Assembly: GCA_024278215.1 (NCBI GenBank)
Contig: JAJRTR010000153.1
Location: 1 to 45,200 of the forward strand
Length of the DNA: 45,200 nt
From: a bacterium
Lineage (GTDB): Bacteria > UBP15 > UBA6099 > JAJRTR01
Direction: 5' to 3'
This document shows positions 11,718 through 20,701 of the stretch, in pieces. How positions within the stretch are numbered: position 1 is the stretch's first letter; each line of letters starts with the position of its first letter. The notes beneath the pieces are model-generated. The model saw nothing but the letters and a program-made list of their open reading frames with translations, ran no database searches and was not told the origin of the DNA. The position numbers and the translations under genes are program-made.

Positions 11718-11753
11718 GCGCCGTGGGGGCGACAGCCGCACGGCGTTTTTTTT
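11718..11753 (+). terminator. Intrinsic terminator after tRNA-Pro
   Basis: GCGCCGTG...CACGGCGT stem followed by a T tract. Confidence 0.85.
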
Positions 11754-11846
11754 GTAAATGCAATCTGCTGTAACTGTTTGCGGGATGTTTATTGATGACT
11801 CGGATTTTACAATATGCTTCTGGCAAAGCATATACGGAGGCTGGAA

Positions 11847-12611
11847 ATGAAAGTACTGCTGACAAATGACGACGGCTATACGGCAAAGGGCATACGCGCT
11901 CTGGCACGCGCGGTTGCCGACCGTGGACATGATGTCGTTATAGTCGCCCCGGAACGTCAGAGGTCCGCGGCGAGCCATGCTGTTACTCTTCATAAACCGC
12001 TCAGACTGAAAAGAGACGAAAACGCTGAAGAAGATCGAATCGAAGTTTATTACACGAGCGGAACCCCGGCGGACAGCGCCATGCTGGGCGTTCTGGAAGT
12101 TGCGCCCGATTGTGATATTATCATATCCGGCATAAACTCCGGTCCCAACCTGGGTGAAGACACAATTTATTCCGGGACTGTCGCAGCCGCTGTCGAAGGC
12201 GCGCTGATCGGAAAACGAGCAATATCTGTTTCACTCGCAGATTTTCTTTTCGACGACTACGAACTGGCCGCAGCATTCACGGCTGGACTTGCACAGCAGT
12301 TTGTGAAAATGAACCTGCCGAGCGGCGTTGTGATAAATGTGAATGTCCCGCCAATCGGAATTGATGAATACAAAGGTTTTCTCATAGCGCCGCTGGGCAC
12401 AAGAAAGTACAAGGATGTTCTACAGAAACGAACCGACCCGCGTGGACAGGAATTTTTCTGGATCGCAGGTGACATTATAAGAAATCACAGTGAGGTGGGT
12501 ACCGACAATGCGGCAATTGCTGATGGAATGATCTCTATCACACCGCTTGTTCTTAACCTCACTGCTTTCGAGCAATTGGAAATGATGAAATTCGACGATC
12601 CTCTTCAATAA
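11847..12611 (+). CDS. surE: 5'/3'-nucleotidase SurE
   Basis: MKVLLTNDDG, GTPAD, SGINSGPNLG, YSGTVAAA, ISITPL; GGAGG RBS before ATG 11847. Confidence 0.97.
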   Translation: MKVLLTNDDGYTAKGIRALARAVADRGHDVVIVAPERQRSAASHAVTLHKPLRLKRDENAEEDRIEVYYTSGTPADSAMLGVLEVAPDCDIIISGINSGPNLGEDTIYSGTVAAAVEGALIGKRAISVSLADFLFDDYELAAAFTAGLAQQFVKMNLPSGVVINVNVPPIGIDEYKGFLIAPLGTRKYKDVLQKRTDPRGQEFFWIAGDIIRNHSEVGTDNAAIADGMISITPLVLNLTAFEQLEMMKFDDPLQ

Positions 12612-12707
12612 GAAAACCCGGCGCAGGGCCGGTGCAGATATATCACAAACATTTGGCTCAATAATCAATCGCCTGCATTATCAGATGGACCGGGAAGTTC
12701 CTCCGAT

Positions 12708-13406
12708 CTAATACGCAGGACTCAATTGATCTATAACTGCGCGTTGTTCCGGTGTTCTCTTTTCTTTCGGTATCTGCTTGTATTTGTCCAGCAGAGCCTT
12801 TAGTTCCGGAGCTTTAACCGATGACGGATCCTTCTTGTATTGTTCCAGAATATCATGCAGCACAAGTGATTTGTCGTCGAAAGTTTCTTTGCCAAGCATC
12901 CTGGGAACGAAATAGCTTGGCCTTACGAACCTTGTCATGTGCAGCATTGCAAGGGCGCGAGCATACCTTTTTTCGAGGTCCTCCTGGTATTCCGGTACCC
13001 CCGGAGTGCTTGCAATAAGCTGCTCGACATATTCCGCGTGTTCCGCGTCGGTCATGAATGTTTCACGAATAAGCATCAATTCTCCCGAATCAAGGAAAAA
13101 GCCTCCGCAGAGGTAGCATTCATCTATATTGACCGCTTTAGCTCTTTTGTATTTATGTATGTGCATCGGCTTGCCGCATTTCGGGCAATTGATCTGCCCC
13201 CTGTCATTATCATTGACCCTTGGACTTTCGAGCGCTTCCTCCAGTGCGCGGCCCGCACCTTCGTGTTGTTCGTCCAGCTTGCCGAGTTCCATCCAGTCGA
13301 ACCACATACCCTTGCAACCGTTTTCGCAAACATCTACCAGCACACCGCCGAAATCTTTTTCGATCATTTCATTTGAACATACGGGGCAGTTCATTTTTAC
13401 CTCCAT
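12708..13406 (-). CDS. Tandem zinc-ribbon (zf-TFIIB-like) protein
   Basis: CPVC...DVCENGCKGMWFD and CPKC...DECYLCGGFFLDSGEL. The start may be the second Met (MNCPVC), which follows GGAGG. Confidence 0.8.
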   Translation of the reverse strand: MEVKMNCPVCSNEMIEKDFGGVLVDVCENGCKGMWFDWMELGKLDEQHEGAGRALEEALESPRVNDNDRGQINCPKCGKPMHIHKYKRAKAVNIDECYLCGGFFLDSGELMLIRETFMTDAEHAEYVEQLIASTPGVPEYQEDLEKRYARALAMLHMTRFVRPSYFVPRMLGKETFDDKSLVLHDILEQYKKDPSSVKAPELKALLDKYKQIPKEKRTPEQRAVIDQLSPAY

Positions 13407-13572
13407 AAATACATATTTATGATAGCCTCAAAGCAATATATAATGTATTATAAACATAATTGCAAATTATGATACCTCAAGCAGTGGCAAGTTCGATGTA
13501 ACCCGGATGCCTCACAAAGAAATCCGGAAAATCGCGATGACGCCTGTTTTACCGCAGTCAGTTTTCCGGATC

Positions 13573-13614
13573 GTCCCCAGGAAATTCTGCGCATGTTTCA
13601 AAAACGCACAAGTT
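13573..13614 (+). repeat. 42-bp direct repeat, copy A (upstream of MITE copy 3 and tpiA)
   Basis: GTCCCCAGGAAATTCTGCGCATGTTTCAAAAACGCACAAGTT; 38/42 identical to 14690-14731. Confidence 0.85.
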
Positions 13615-13649
13615 AAGTTAATATTGTTATTGTGTATCTGTACTCATTA

Positions 13650-13828
13650 GAGCCAGTTGCAAAATCATGTTCGAAGCGAGGTCGAGCGAAATTGGTCGGA
13701 AGCAAGGCGGAGGTGCAAAATCCCCGCAGGCGTACTTGTAGAGTACGTCGAGGATGATTTTGTGCCGACAACGCAGCTGTTGCCAATTGCAGCCGACCGT
13801 AGCCGAATCAGAATTTTGCAATTGGCTC
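13650..13828 (+). mobile_element. MITE-like element copy 3 (179 bp), TSD ATTA
   Basis: GAGCCAGTTGCAAAAT...AATTTTGCAATTGGCTC flanked by ATTA at 13646-13649 and 13829-13832. Confidence 0.93.
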
Positions 13829-13918
13829 ATTATACGAGAAATAAAAATAGACGTGTCGTTTGATTCAGTTGCGACATTGCTGATGACACAGCTAATCTGA
13901 AAACGGAGGAACTGGAAA

Positions 13919-14683
13919 ATGAGAAAACCTTTCATGGCGGGAAACTGGAAGATGAATGGAACAAAGTCCACGGCAAAAGAATTTATCGACAACTTTTCAT
14001 TATCTGCGGAACTTGCGGAAAAAAGACAGGTCGTAATTTGTATGCCGTTCACGCTGCTGCCTTTCTGGTCGGAATACGGCGGTGAGAAGAACCCTGTGAT
14101 CGAGATAGGCGCGGAGAATGTATATCCGGAACCCAAAGGCGCATATACGGGTGAGATTTCTGTCGATATGCTGAAGGATACCGGTGCTGCATACTGCATT
14201 ATCGGCCACTCGGAAAGACGCGAATATTTCAGCGAGAGCGACGAGTTTGTCAACAGGAAAATGAACGCGCTGCTCGATGGGGGAATTGTGCCGATAGTGT
14301 GCGTGGGTGAAACCCTCGAAGAAAGAGAAAAAGGCATCACGCAGCAGGTTGTAGGGAAGCAGATCGCACAGAGTGTAATCGCGTCGGCGGGTGAAAAAGA
14401 CCTGTCCGGCATAGTCGTTGCATACGAGCCGATATGGGCGATAGGCACGGGCAAAACAGCGACGAGCGAGCAGGCTGAAGAGGTTTGCGCATTTATCCGA
14501 AGCGAACTTGACAGGTGTATTTCGACCGCCGCCGCCGACAGCATCAGGATACTTTACGGCGGAAGCATGAAGCCGGCAAATGTCGACGAACTTATGAGCA
14601 AACCGAACATCGACGGCGGCCTTGTGGGAGGCGCAAGCCTGAATGCCGCGGATTTCTCGCGCATAGCCGCTTTTGAGGAATGA
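13919..14683 (+). CDS. tpiA: Triosephosphate isomerase
   Basis: AGNWKMN, GAYTGEIS, IIGHSERR, AYEPIWAIGTG, LYGGS, GLVGGASL. Confidence 0.98.
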   Translation: MRKPFMAGNWKMNGTKSTAKEFIDNFSLSAELAEKRQVVICMPFTLLPFWSEYGGEKNPVIEIGAENVYPEPKGAYTGEISVDMLKDTGAAYCIIGHSERREYFSESDEFVNRKMNALLDGGIVPIVCVGETLEEREKGITQQVVGKQIAQSVIASAGEKDLSGIVVAYEPIWAIGTGKTATSEQAEEVCAFIRSELDRCISTAAADSIRILYGGSMKPANVDELMSKPNIDGGLVGGASLNAADFSRIAAFEE

Positions 14684-14689
14684 CCGCGT

Positions 14690-14731
14690 GTCCCCGGGAG
14701 ATTCTGCACATGTTTCAAAAACACACAAGTT
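14690..14731 (+). repeat. 42-bp direct repeat, copy B (between tpiA and rodA)
   Basis: GTCCCCGGGAGATTCTGCACATGTTTCAAAAACACACAAGTT; 4 transition differences from copy A. Confidence 0.85.
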
Positions 14732-14762
14732 CCGGACTGATATGAACAGATAGAAGGACAAT

Positions 14763-15869
14763 ATGCTACCCCGCGGTTTTTTCAAGAATCTCGATGCCGG
14801 TCTTATCGGCTCGACTTTTCTGCTTGTGGCCATAAGCCTTTTCTTTCTCTACACACTGGGAGGACGCGGGTCATCATTCGGCGGCTACTTTTTCAGGCAT
14901 CAGGCGGCATGGGTGCTCGTTGCGATTGTCGCCGGCCTGCTGGGATTTACACTTAACTATAAATTATGGGAACGCTTTTCCTGGCTCCTCTATATAGTAA
15001 ACATAGCACTGCTTTTAGGGCTGTTGCTTTTCGGCAGCCGCACGAAAGGCGCTGAAAGCTGGTTCTCGCTTGGATTCGCAAGGTTTCAGCCTTCGGAGAT
15101 CGCGAAGATCCTTTTCATAATGACCTTCGCCGGTTTTCTGACCCGCTACAGATATGAGATCAACCGTCTTCCTGTGTTGCTGCTTGCGCTCGGCCAGTTT
15201 TTTCTCCCGTTCGGGCTTATTCTCCTCCAGCCGGATATGGGTACGGCGCTGGTGTTCATGGCGATATTTTTCGGAATGCTCTATGTCAGCGGCATAGACG
15301 GTTTTACCTATTTCCTTACACTCTTTGTGTTTATTTCAGCAGGTATCGCGGCAATACCTTTTTTTATCAAAGGCTATCAGTTCGCCAGGCTGACATCTTT
15401 TCTCGCGCCTGAAAGAGACCCGCTGGGGACAGGCTACCAGTTGATCCAGTCGAAGATCGCAATCGGATCGGGTGGCTTGCTCGGCAAGGGAATATTCAAC
15501 GGCACACAATCGTCACTGGGGTTTCTGCCCACATCCGAGTCGGATTTTATTTTCGCGACAATATGCGAGCAGGCAGGCTTCATCGGCGGCGCAATCGTGA
15601 TAATACTCATAGCATGGCAGTTGTCGCGCATCGTGAGTATCGGCTCGCACTCCGAGGACCTTTACGCGATGTTTATCGCGGCGGGCGTTTTCTGCATGTT
15701 CGCATTTCAGGCCGTTGTGAATATCGGGATGACGGTGGGGCTTTGCCCGATAACGGGAGTGCCGCTTCCGTTTGTAAGCTACGGCGGCAGTTCCCTGATG
15801 ACGAGCAGTCTTGCCGTGGGCTTGCTTCTGAATATATGTATAAGGCGCAGAAAGATTATGTTTGTGTGA
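14763..15869 (+). CDS. rodA: SEDS family peptidoglycan polymerase RodA
   Basis: FQPSEIAK, QPDMGT, DPLGTGYQLIQSKIAIGSGG, SDFIF, GVPLPFVSYGGSS. Confidence 0.9.
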   Translation: MLPRGFFKNLDAGLIGSTFLLVAISLFFLYTLGGRGSSFGGYFFRHQAAWVLVAIVAGLLGFTLNYKLWERFSWLLYIVNIALLLGLLLFGSRTKGAESWFSLGFARFQPSEIAKILFIMTFAGFLTRYRYEINRLPVLLLALGQFFLPFGLILLQPDMGTALVFMAIFFGMLYVSGIDGFTYFLTLFVFISAGIAAIPFFIKGYQFARLTSFLAPERDPLGTGYQLIQSKIAIGSGGLLGKGIFNGTQSSLGFLPTSESDFIFATICEQAGFIGGAIVIILIAWQLSRIVSIGSHSEDLYAMFIAAGVFCMFAFQAVVNIGMTVGLCPITGVPLPFVSYGGSSLMTSSLAVGLLLNICIRRRKIMFV

Positions 15870-16010
15870 TTCCGGTCGGGCGGCTTTCGTTTTGCAAACA
15901 GAGTCCCCTGTAAAAGCGGTAGAAACGACTTTTGCAAGAGACTCGACAGGATATTCTTCAAAATATCCTGCAAAATTTGGTTGGCGTAATGGATTGTATT
16001 TTATAGCCGG

Positions 16011-16406
16011 ATGAGCAACGATAAAAAGTATAGAGTCCTTATTGTGGACGACGCAATTTATGTGCGCTGGAAGATCAAAAAGGCATTCGAGTCCGACCCC
16101 CGGATCATTATCGTGGGTGAGGGGGAAAAGGGTGGAGATGCGGTCGAGATGGCACGCGCCCTCGACCCGGATATTATAACCCTCGATATTACTTTGAGAG
16201 AGAAAAACGGTATCGAGGCGACTCGTGAAATAAGGAAATTCAACGACAGGGCACGAATCCTGATCATATCCGCACTCGGGCAAAAGAGAAAAATCGTCGA
16301 AACGGTTACAGCCGGAGCCGACAGTTTCCTGCTGAAACCATTCACGGATCAAGGCCTGCTCAGGATGATCGAGCAACTGAAAAAGGGTGTCGAGCCGACA
16401 GGCTGA
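16011..16406 (+). CDS. CheY-like single-domain response regulator
   Basis: VLIVDD, ITLDITL, ISALGQ, LLKPF. Confidence 0.9.
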   Translation: MSNDKKYRVLIVDDAIYVRWKIKKAFESDPRIIIVGEGEKGGDAVEMARALDPDIITLDITLREKNGIEATREIRKFNDRARILIISALGQKRKIVETVTAGADSFLLKPFTDQGLLRMIEQLKKGVEPTG

Positions 16407-16469
16407 ATGGAATAAGTTTGAAACAGTATAAAAGCGAGAAAAATTCATGTAAGTTTGGAATTAACCATA

Positions 16470-16634
16470 ATGGACAACAAAAACGAAAATACGCATGAGG
16501 AGCGCAGAAAACTCTGTGCAAATTGTGCTTACAAGCAGTATTGCAAAAAGAGGTTTTCCGTAAATACAGTCAATGGAGAAGTCCAGTGTGTGGACTACGC
16601 GCCGGACTTAAAAGATTCAGGAGATGACCGGTAG
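16470..16634 (+). CDS. Small 4-Cys protein (54 aa), not in ORF track
   Basis: MDNKNENTHEERRKLCANCAYKQYCKKRFSVNTVNGEVQCVDYAPDLKDSGDDR. TAG stop overlaps the GTG start of the glmU-like gene (TAGTG). Confidence 0.7.
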   Translation: MDNKNENTHEERRKLCANCAYKQYCKKRFSVNTVNGEVQCVDYAPDLKDSGDDR

Positions 16635-17386
16635 TGGCGGCGGATGAATTGATCGTGTTGATACTTGCCGGCGGCAAGGGAACGCGGATGAAGTCGGACC
16701 TCGCGAAAGTGCTGCATGAAGTGTGCGGGCGAGCGATGATCGAGTATGTGCTCGACACCTCGGAAGCTCTGAAACCCGACAGGATAATAGTGATAGTGGG
16801 GCACCAGGCGGAGCGTGTTGAAAATGTGGTGGGCGGCAGAGGCGTATGCGTATTGCAGGAACCGCAATTGGGAACGGGACACGCTGTTATGTGCGCGGCG
16901 CACGAGATAAAGAAATCAGGAGCAGACGGCACGCTCGTGCTTCTTTATGGTGATGTACCTCTTATCACACCGGAAACAATAAATAAACTACTTGCTGAAC
17001 ATATCTCGCGTGGCCACTCCGCAACTGTTCTTTCCACTGTGCTGCCCGATGCCTCCGGTTACGGCAGGATAATAAGGAAAGAAGACGGAACGCTCGACAG
17101 GATTGTCGAGGATAAGGATGCGTCCGCCGAAGAAAAGAATATCAGGGAGATAAATTCAGGTATATACTGTTTTAATATAACAGACCTGATCGAGCTTCTC
17201 GATGAACTCACGAACGAAAATGCACAGGGCGAATATTATATAACCGACGCGGCAGAGATACTTAACTCGAAGGGGAAGACAGTTGGTGTTGTAACAGCGA
17301 AGGACCCGGGGGAAGTCGAGGGCGTAAATAATGTCGAACAACTGGCATGTGCGGAACAAACTCTGAAATCCCGTACCAACCGCTAA
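16634..17386 (+). CDS. glmU: GlmU uridyltransferase domain only (no acetyltransferase beta-helix)
   Basis: LILAGGKGTRMKS, QLGTGHAV, LYGDVP, GYGRI, EINSGIY, NAQGEYYITD, GVN; ends at 250 aa; upstream of prs. Confidence 0.88.
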   Translation: MAADELIVLILAGGKGTRMKSDLAKVLHEVCGRAMIEYVLDTSEALKPDRIIVIVGHQAERVENVVGGRGVCVLQEPQLGTGHAVMCAAHEIKKSGADGTLVLLYGDVPLITPETINKLLAEHISRGHSATVLSTVLPDASGYGRIIRKEDGTLDRIVEDKDASAEEKNIREINSGIYCFNITDLIELLDELTNENAQGEYYITDAAEILNSKGKTVGVVTAKDPGEVEGVNNVEQLACAEQTLKSRTNR

Positions 17387-17488
17387 CCCACTTATTTCAC
17401 CAACGCGGGCTAATTCCTTATTATTATTGACTTATTGAAATGTTTGCTTATCATAAGAATCTGTTGAATCGCGAAAGGAGTTCTGCAC

Positions 17489-18472
17489 GTGGACCGGAAG
17501 TCTAAGACGTTCCATCACACATTGAACAGGAAGTCGAAAATGGTTCTTGCCACCGGCAACTCGAATCCGAAACTGGCTGAAGCTGTTGCGGAATATCTGA
17601 GTACAGACCTTGCGGATGTTGTCGTAAGCAGATTCAGCGACGGCGAATCGCGCATACAGATAAAAACTAATATGCGGGGTATGGATGTATATATCATACA
17701 GTCCATGTGCTATCCGGTGAATGAAAATCTCATGGACCTGCTGATAATGGCGGATGCTATGAAAAGAGCCTCCGCGAGGCGTGTTATGGCGGTAACACCA
17801 TATTACGGATATGCGAGGCAGGATAAAAAACTTCAATCCCGCGAGCCGATAACGGCCAAGCTGGTTGCGGACCTGCTCGAGAGGGCCGGAGTGCGCCGCC
17901 TTGTTGCTATGGACCTTCACGCGGACTCGATACAGGGATTCTTCAACCGGCCTGTCGACCATCTGACTTCACTGCCCACTATAGTAAACTGTCTGAAAAA
18001 GCGAAGATACAAGCAGGAAAACACGGTAATCGTGTCGCCTGATGTCGGCGGTGTTGTGCGCGCGAGAATGGTCGCCGACAGGCTTGGATGTTCCATCGCG
18101 ATTATATCAAAGCGGCGGCCAAGACCAAATGTGGCTGAGGCTTCGGAACTTATCGGTGAAGTCGAAGGTATGCGCTGCATAATGATCGACGACATCGTGG
18201 ACACAGCAGGTACTCTCACCAAGGGCGCGGAAATGCTCAAGAGCAACGGCGCGAAAGAAGTCATCGCATACTGCACACACGGCGTGCTTTCCGGACCGGC
18301 CTACGACAGAATCGAAAAATCCACTCTCAAAGAGTTGATCATTACGGATACGATACCACAACCGAAAGATAAGAATTGCAGTAAGATAAAGATAATCTCG
18401 GTTGCCGATGTTTTCGGTGAAGCAATAATGAGGAATTTCGAACAGCGCTCTATCAGCGAACTGTTCGTCTGA
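17489..18472 (+). CDS. prs: Ribose-phosphate pyrophosphokinase
   Basis: FSDGE, PYYGYARQDK, DLHADSIQGFF, VSPDVGG, DDIVDTAGT; AAAGGAG RBS before GTG. Confidence 0.98.
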   Translation: MDRKSKTFHHTLNRKSKMVLATGNSNPKLAEAVAEYLSTDLADVVVSRFSDGESRIQIKTNMRGMDVYIIQSMCYPVNENLMDLLIMADAMKRASARRVMAVTPYYGYARQDKKLQSREPITAKLVADLLERAGVRRLVAMDLHADSIQGFFNRPVDHLTSLPTIVNCLKKRRYKQENTVIVSPDVGGVVRARMVADRLGCSIAIISKRRPRPNVAEASELIGEVEGMRCIMIDDIVDTAGTLTKGAEMLKSNGAKEVIAYCTHGVLSGPAYDRIEKSTLKELIITDTIPQPKDKNCSKIKIISVADVFGEAIMRNFEQRSISELFV

Positions 18473-18579
18473 ATTTTTTCCGAGCGGCGGCAGTACGCCG
18501 GGAATTAAGAATATGCAAAATATAGCATGATGGTGTGCCGGACGTTACGGCGTGCCGCTTTTATGAAGGGATGTAAAGA

Positions 18580-19254
18580 ATGGGAACTACAGTAGCTCTG
18601 AAAATGAAAGTACGTGAAGAAAAAGGGAAAGGCCCCATGCGCAGAATAAGGGAAGCGGGCATGGTTCCGGCGATTCTATACGGCGGCGGCAGCAGCCCGT
18701 TGCCGCTTAAAGTCGAATACAATGTGGTCGAAAGGGTACTTGCCAAACAGGCCAAGAATCCTATTCTCGACCTGGATATTGAAGGTCTGAATGAAAAGAC
18801 ACTCGCGATGTTCAAAGATATCCAGCAGGAAACCATCTCAAGCAAGATACTGCACCTGGACCTGTTGCGCATATCTATGGATGAGAAGGTTGAGATTGAG
18901 GTCAAGATCGTTCTCGTGAACGAAGAGACGGTGAGGAAGAGCAGCGGCATTGTGCAGCAATTGCTTAATAAGGCTGTTGTCTCATGCCTGCCGATGGATA
19001 TTCCCGAAAATATTGAACTTGATCTCTCGGAAGCCGAGATCGGCATGTCCTATAAAGTCTCCGACCTGAAAGTTCCCGAAGGTGTCGAGTTCATGCTGGC
19101 GGAAGATGATACAGTCCTTTCGATCCTTGCCCCGAAGGTCGAGGAAGAGCCGGTCGTCGAAGAGGGCGAAGAAGGCGAAGCCGAAGAAGGAGCAGAAGGC
19201 GAAGAAGGCGAAGCGAAAGAGGGCGAAGAAAGCGAAGGAAAAGATTCAAAATAA
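18580..19254 (+). CDS. rplY: 50S ribosomal protein bL25/Ctc, long form with acidic tail
   Basis: RRIREAGMVPAILYG, HLDL, CLPMDIPENIELDLS; after prs; Glu/Gly-rich C-terminus. Confidence 0.95.
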   Translation: MGTTVALKMKVREEKGKGPMRRIREAGMVPAILYGGGSSPLPLKVEYNVVERVLAKQAKNPILDLDIEGLNEKTLAMFKDIQQETISSKILHLDLLRISMDEKVEIEVKIVLVNEETVRKSSGIVQQLLNKAVVSCLPMDIPENIELDLSEAEIGMSYKVSDLKVPEGVEFMLAEDDTVLSILAPKVEEEPVVEEGEEGEAEEGAEGEEGEAKEGEESEGKDSK

Positions 19255-19271
19255 CTTATTGTCGAACTACC

Positions 19272-19311
19272 AAAACGCCGGGCCGGCATATCTCAAAGCC
19301 CGGCGTTTTTT
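19272..19311 (+). terminator. Intrinsic, probably bidirectional, terminator after rplY
   Basis: AAAACGCCGGGC...GCCCGGCGTTTTTT. Confidence 0.85.
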
Positions 19312-19412
19312 CATTTGGCGCTTATGTTTCAGATTTGTTCTCCCGATTTTTGGCCCGCATTGGTGAAATATGCGGGTTAAGCATGATAGAATATTATCGA
19401 ATTGCGGCTGTT

Positions 19413-20036
19413 ATGGCAGAGAATCTGATACAGGTACATGGAATCAAAAAGCGGTTCGGGACACACCTGATATTCAAGGATATCAATATGGAGTTGAGAC
19501 CGGGCGATTCGCGCTGTATATGGGGTCCGAACGGATCGGGCAAAAGCACACTGCTGAAAATTGTCGCGGGGCTGCTGAGACCGACTTCCGGCAGTGTCGA
19601 GTACTGCGTCGACGGGGCGTGCGGCCGCCCGGCGGTGTTCAGGAATTCCATCGGTTTCGTCGCGCCGGATGTCGTGCTTTATGGTGAACTCACACTGCGC
19701 GAAAACCTCGATTTCCTTTCGCAATGCAGGGGTATCACCCGCAACGTCGATTACGAAAACGAACTTGTCGAACGTCTGTTCCCGGAGGGACTGAGGGACG
19801 ATCTCGTGGGCGCGTTTTCGTCCGGCATGAAGCGAAAGGCGCAGTTTATCGCCGGTTTATGCCACAAACCCGCCGTGATTTTTCTGGACGAACCGACTTC
19901 ACACCTCGACGAAGCGGGCCGCGCGGAAGTTGCGAATATTATCAATACCCTAAAGAATGATAAAATATTATTGATTGCCAGCAATGACCCTGACGAACGT
20001 AGCTGGTGCGGAGAGACGCTTGAGCTTCATATCTAA
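19413..20036 (+). CDS. ccmA: Cytochrome c maturation ABC ATPase CcmA
   Basis: Walker A GPNGSGKST, FSSGMKRK signature, LDEPT; first gene of the ccm cluster. Start uncertain. Confidence 0.88.
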   Translation: MAENLIQVHGIKKRFGTHLIFKDINMELRPGDSRCIWGPNGSGKSTLLKIVAGLLRPTSGSVEYCVDGACGRPAVFRNSIGFVAPDVVLYGELTLRENLDFLSQCRGITRNVDYENELVERLFPEGLRDDLVGAFSSGMKRKAQFIAGLCHKPAVIFLDEPTSHLDEAGRAEVANIINTLKNDKILLIASNDPDERSWCGETLELHI

Positions 20037-20688
20037 AACCTGCGCTGTTGTCCGCAAAGACGGCATGTCGGAGTTTCGCACACGATACGCGCTGAACTCG
20101 GCACTTTTATTTTGCGTTACATGTGTTTTTGTCGTGAGTTTCGCAGTGAAGGGAACTGTGCAGGACACGCGCATAGTGTCCGCGATGTTGTGGGTGATAC
20201 TCTTCTTTTCGGCAATGACAGGGTTGTCGCGCGCATTCATAAAAGAGGAAGACCAGGGCACGATGAACCTCCTGCGGCTTTCCTGCGAGCCGGGGCCGTT
20301 GTTTTTCGGCAAGTTCCTGGTAAATTTTCTGCTTTTATTAGCGGTAGTAGTGATAGCGACACCACTTTTCTTTATAATGATGAATGTTGCACCCGGCAAT
20401 CCGGCATTTTTATGCGCCGCATTGCTGCCGGCATCTGCGGCGATGTCTGCGATCTGTACACTCGTATCGGCGATTATCGCAGGCGCAAGGGCGCGGGGTA
20501 TGCTCTTCCCTATACTCGCCTTTCCAGTCCTGCTGCCTGTGTTCTGGGTCGCGGTGGACGCTACAGACATAGCGATGTCCGCGAGAGGTGCGTGGCAACA
20601 TTCGAATATGCTGCTGTTCCTTGGATGCTATGCCGTGGCCGGAGTAGTGGGCGGCAGTTTTCTGTTCGAATACATTTTCGAGGAGTAA
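20020..20688 (+). CDS. ccmB: Heme exporter permease CcmB
   Basis: Hydrophobic; F.KEEDQGTM.LL, GK..NF, LFPILAFPVLLP. TTG start inferred after GGAGA. Confidence 0.88.
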   Translation: MSFISKTCAVVRKDGMSEFRTRYALNSALLFCVTCVFVVSFAVKGTVQDTRIVSAMLWVILFFSAMTGLSRAFIKEEDQGTMNLLRLSCEPGPLFFGKFLVNFLLLLAVVVIATPLFFIMMNVAPGNPAFLCAALLPASAAMSAICTLVSAIIAGARARGMLFPILAFPVLLPVFWVAVDATDIAMSARGAWQHSNMLLFLGCYAVAGVVGGSFLFEYIFEE

Positions 20689-20701
20689 GATCGGAAAGAT
20701 T

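Noticed and set aside
11629-11760. tRNA-Pro as attachment site of an integrated island
   Set aside because: No integrase and no duplicated tRNA 3' end seen. It is followed directly by a terminator and housekeeping surE.
13657-13863. MITE-encoded peptide (similar translation in copies 3 and 4)
   Set aside because: Copies 1 and 2 are 1 nt shorter, which shifts this frame into a TAG stop, so coding is not conserved. No RBS.
15981-15998. Sigma54 promoter upstream of the CheY-like gene (TTGGCGTAATGGATTGTA)
   Set aside because: Spacing is off by one and the -12 GC is absent.
19140-19250. GAAGGC/GAAGAA tandem-like repeats in rplY
   Set aside because: They encode the ordinary acidic low-complexity tail of long-form bL25/Ctc; not a separate element.
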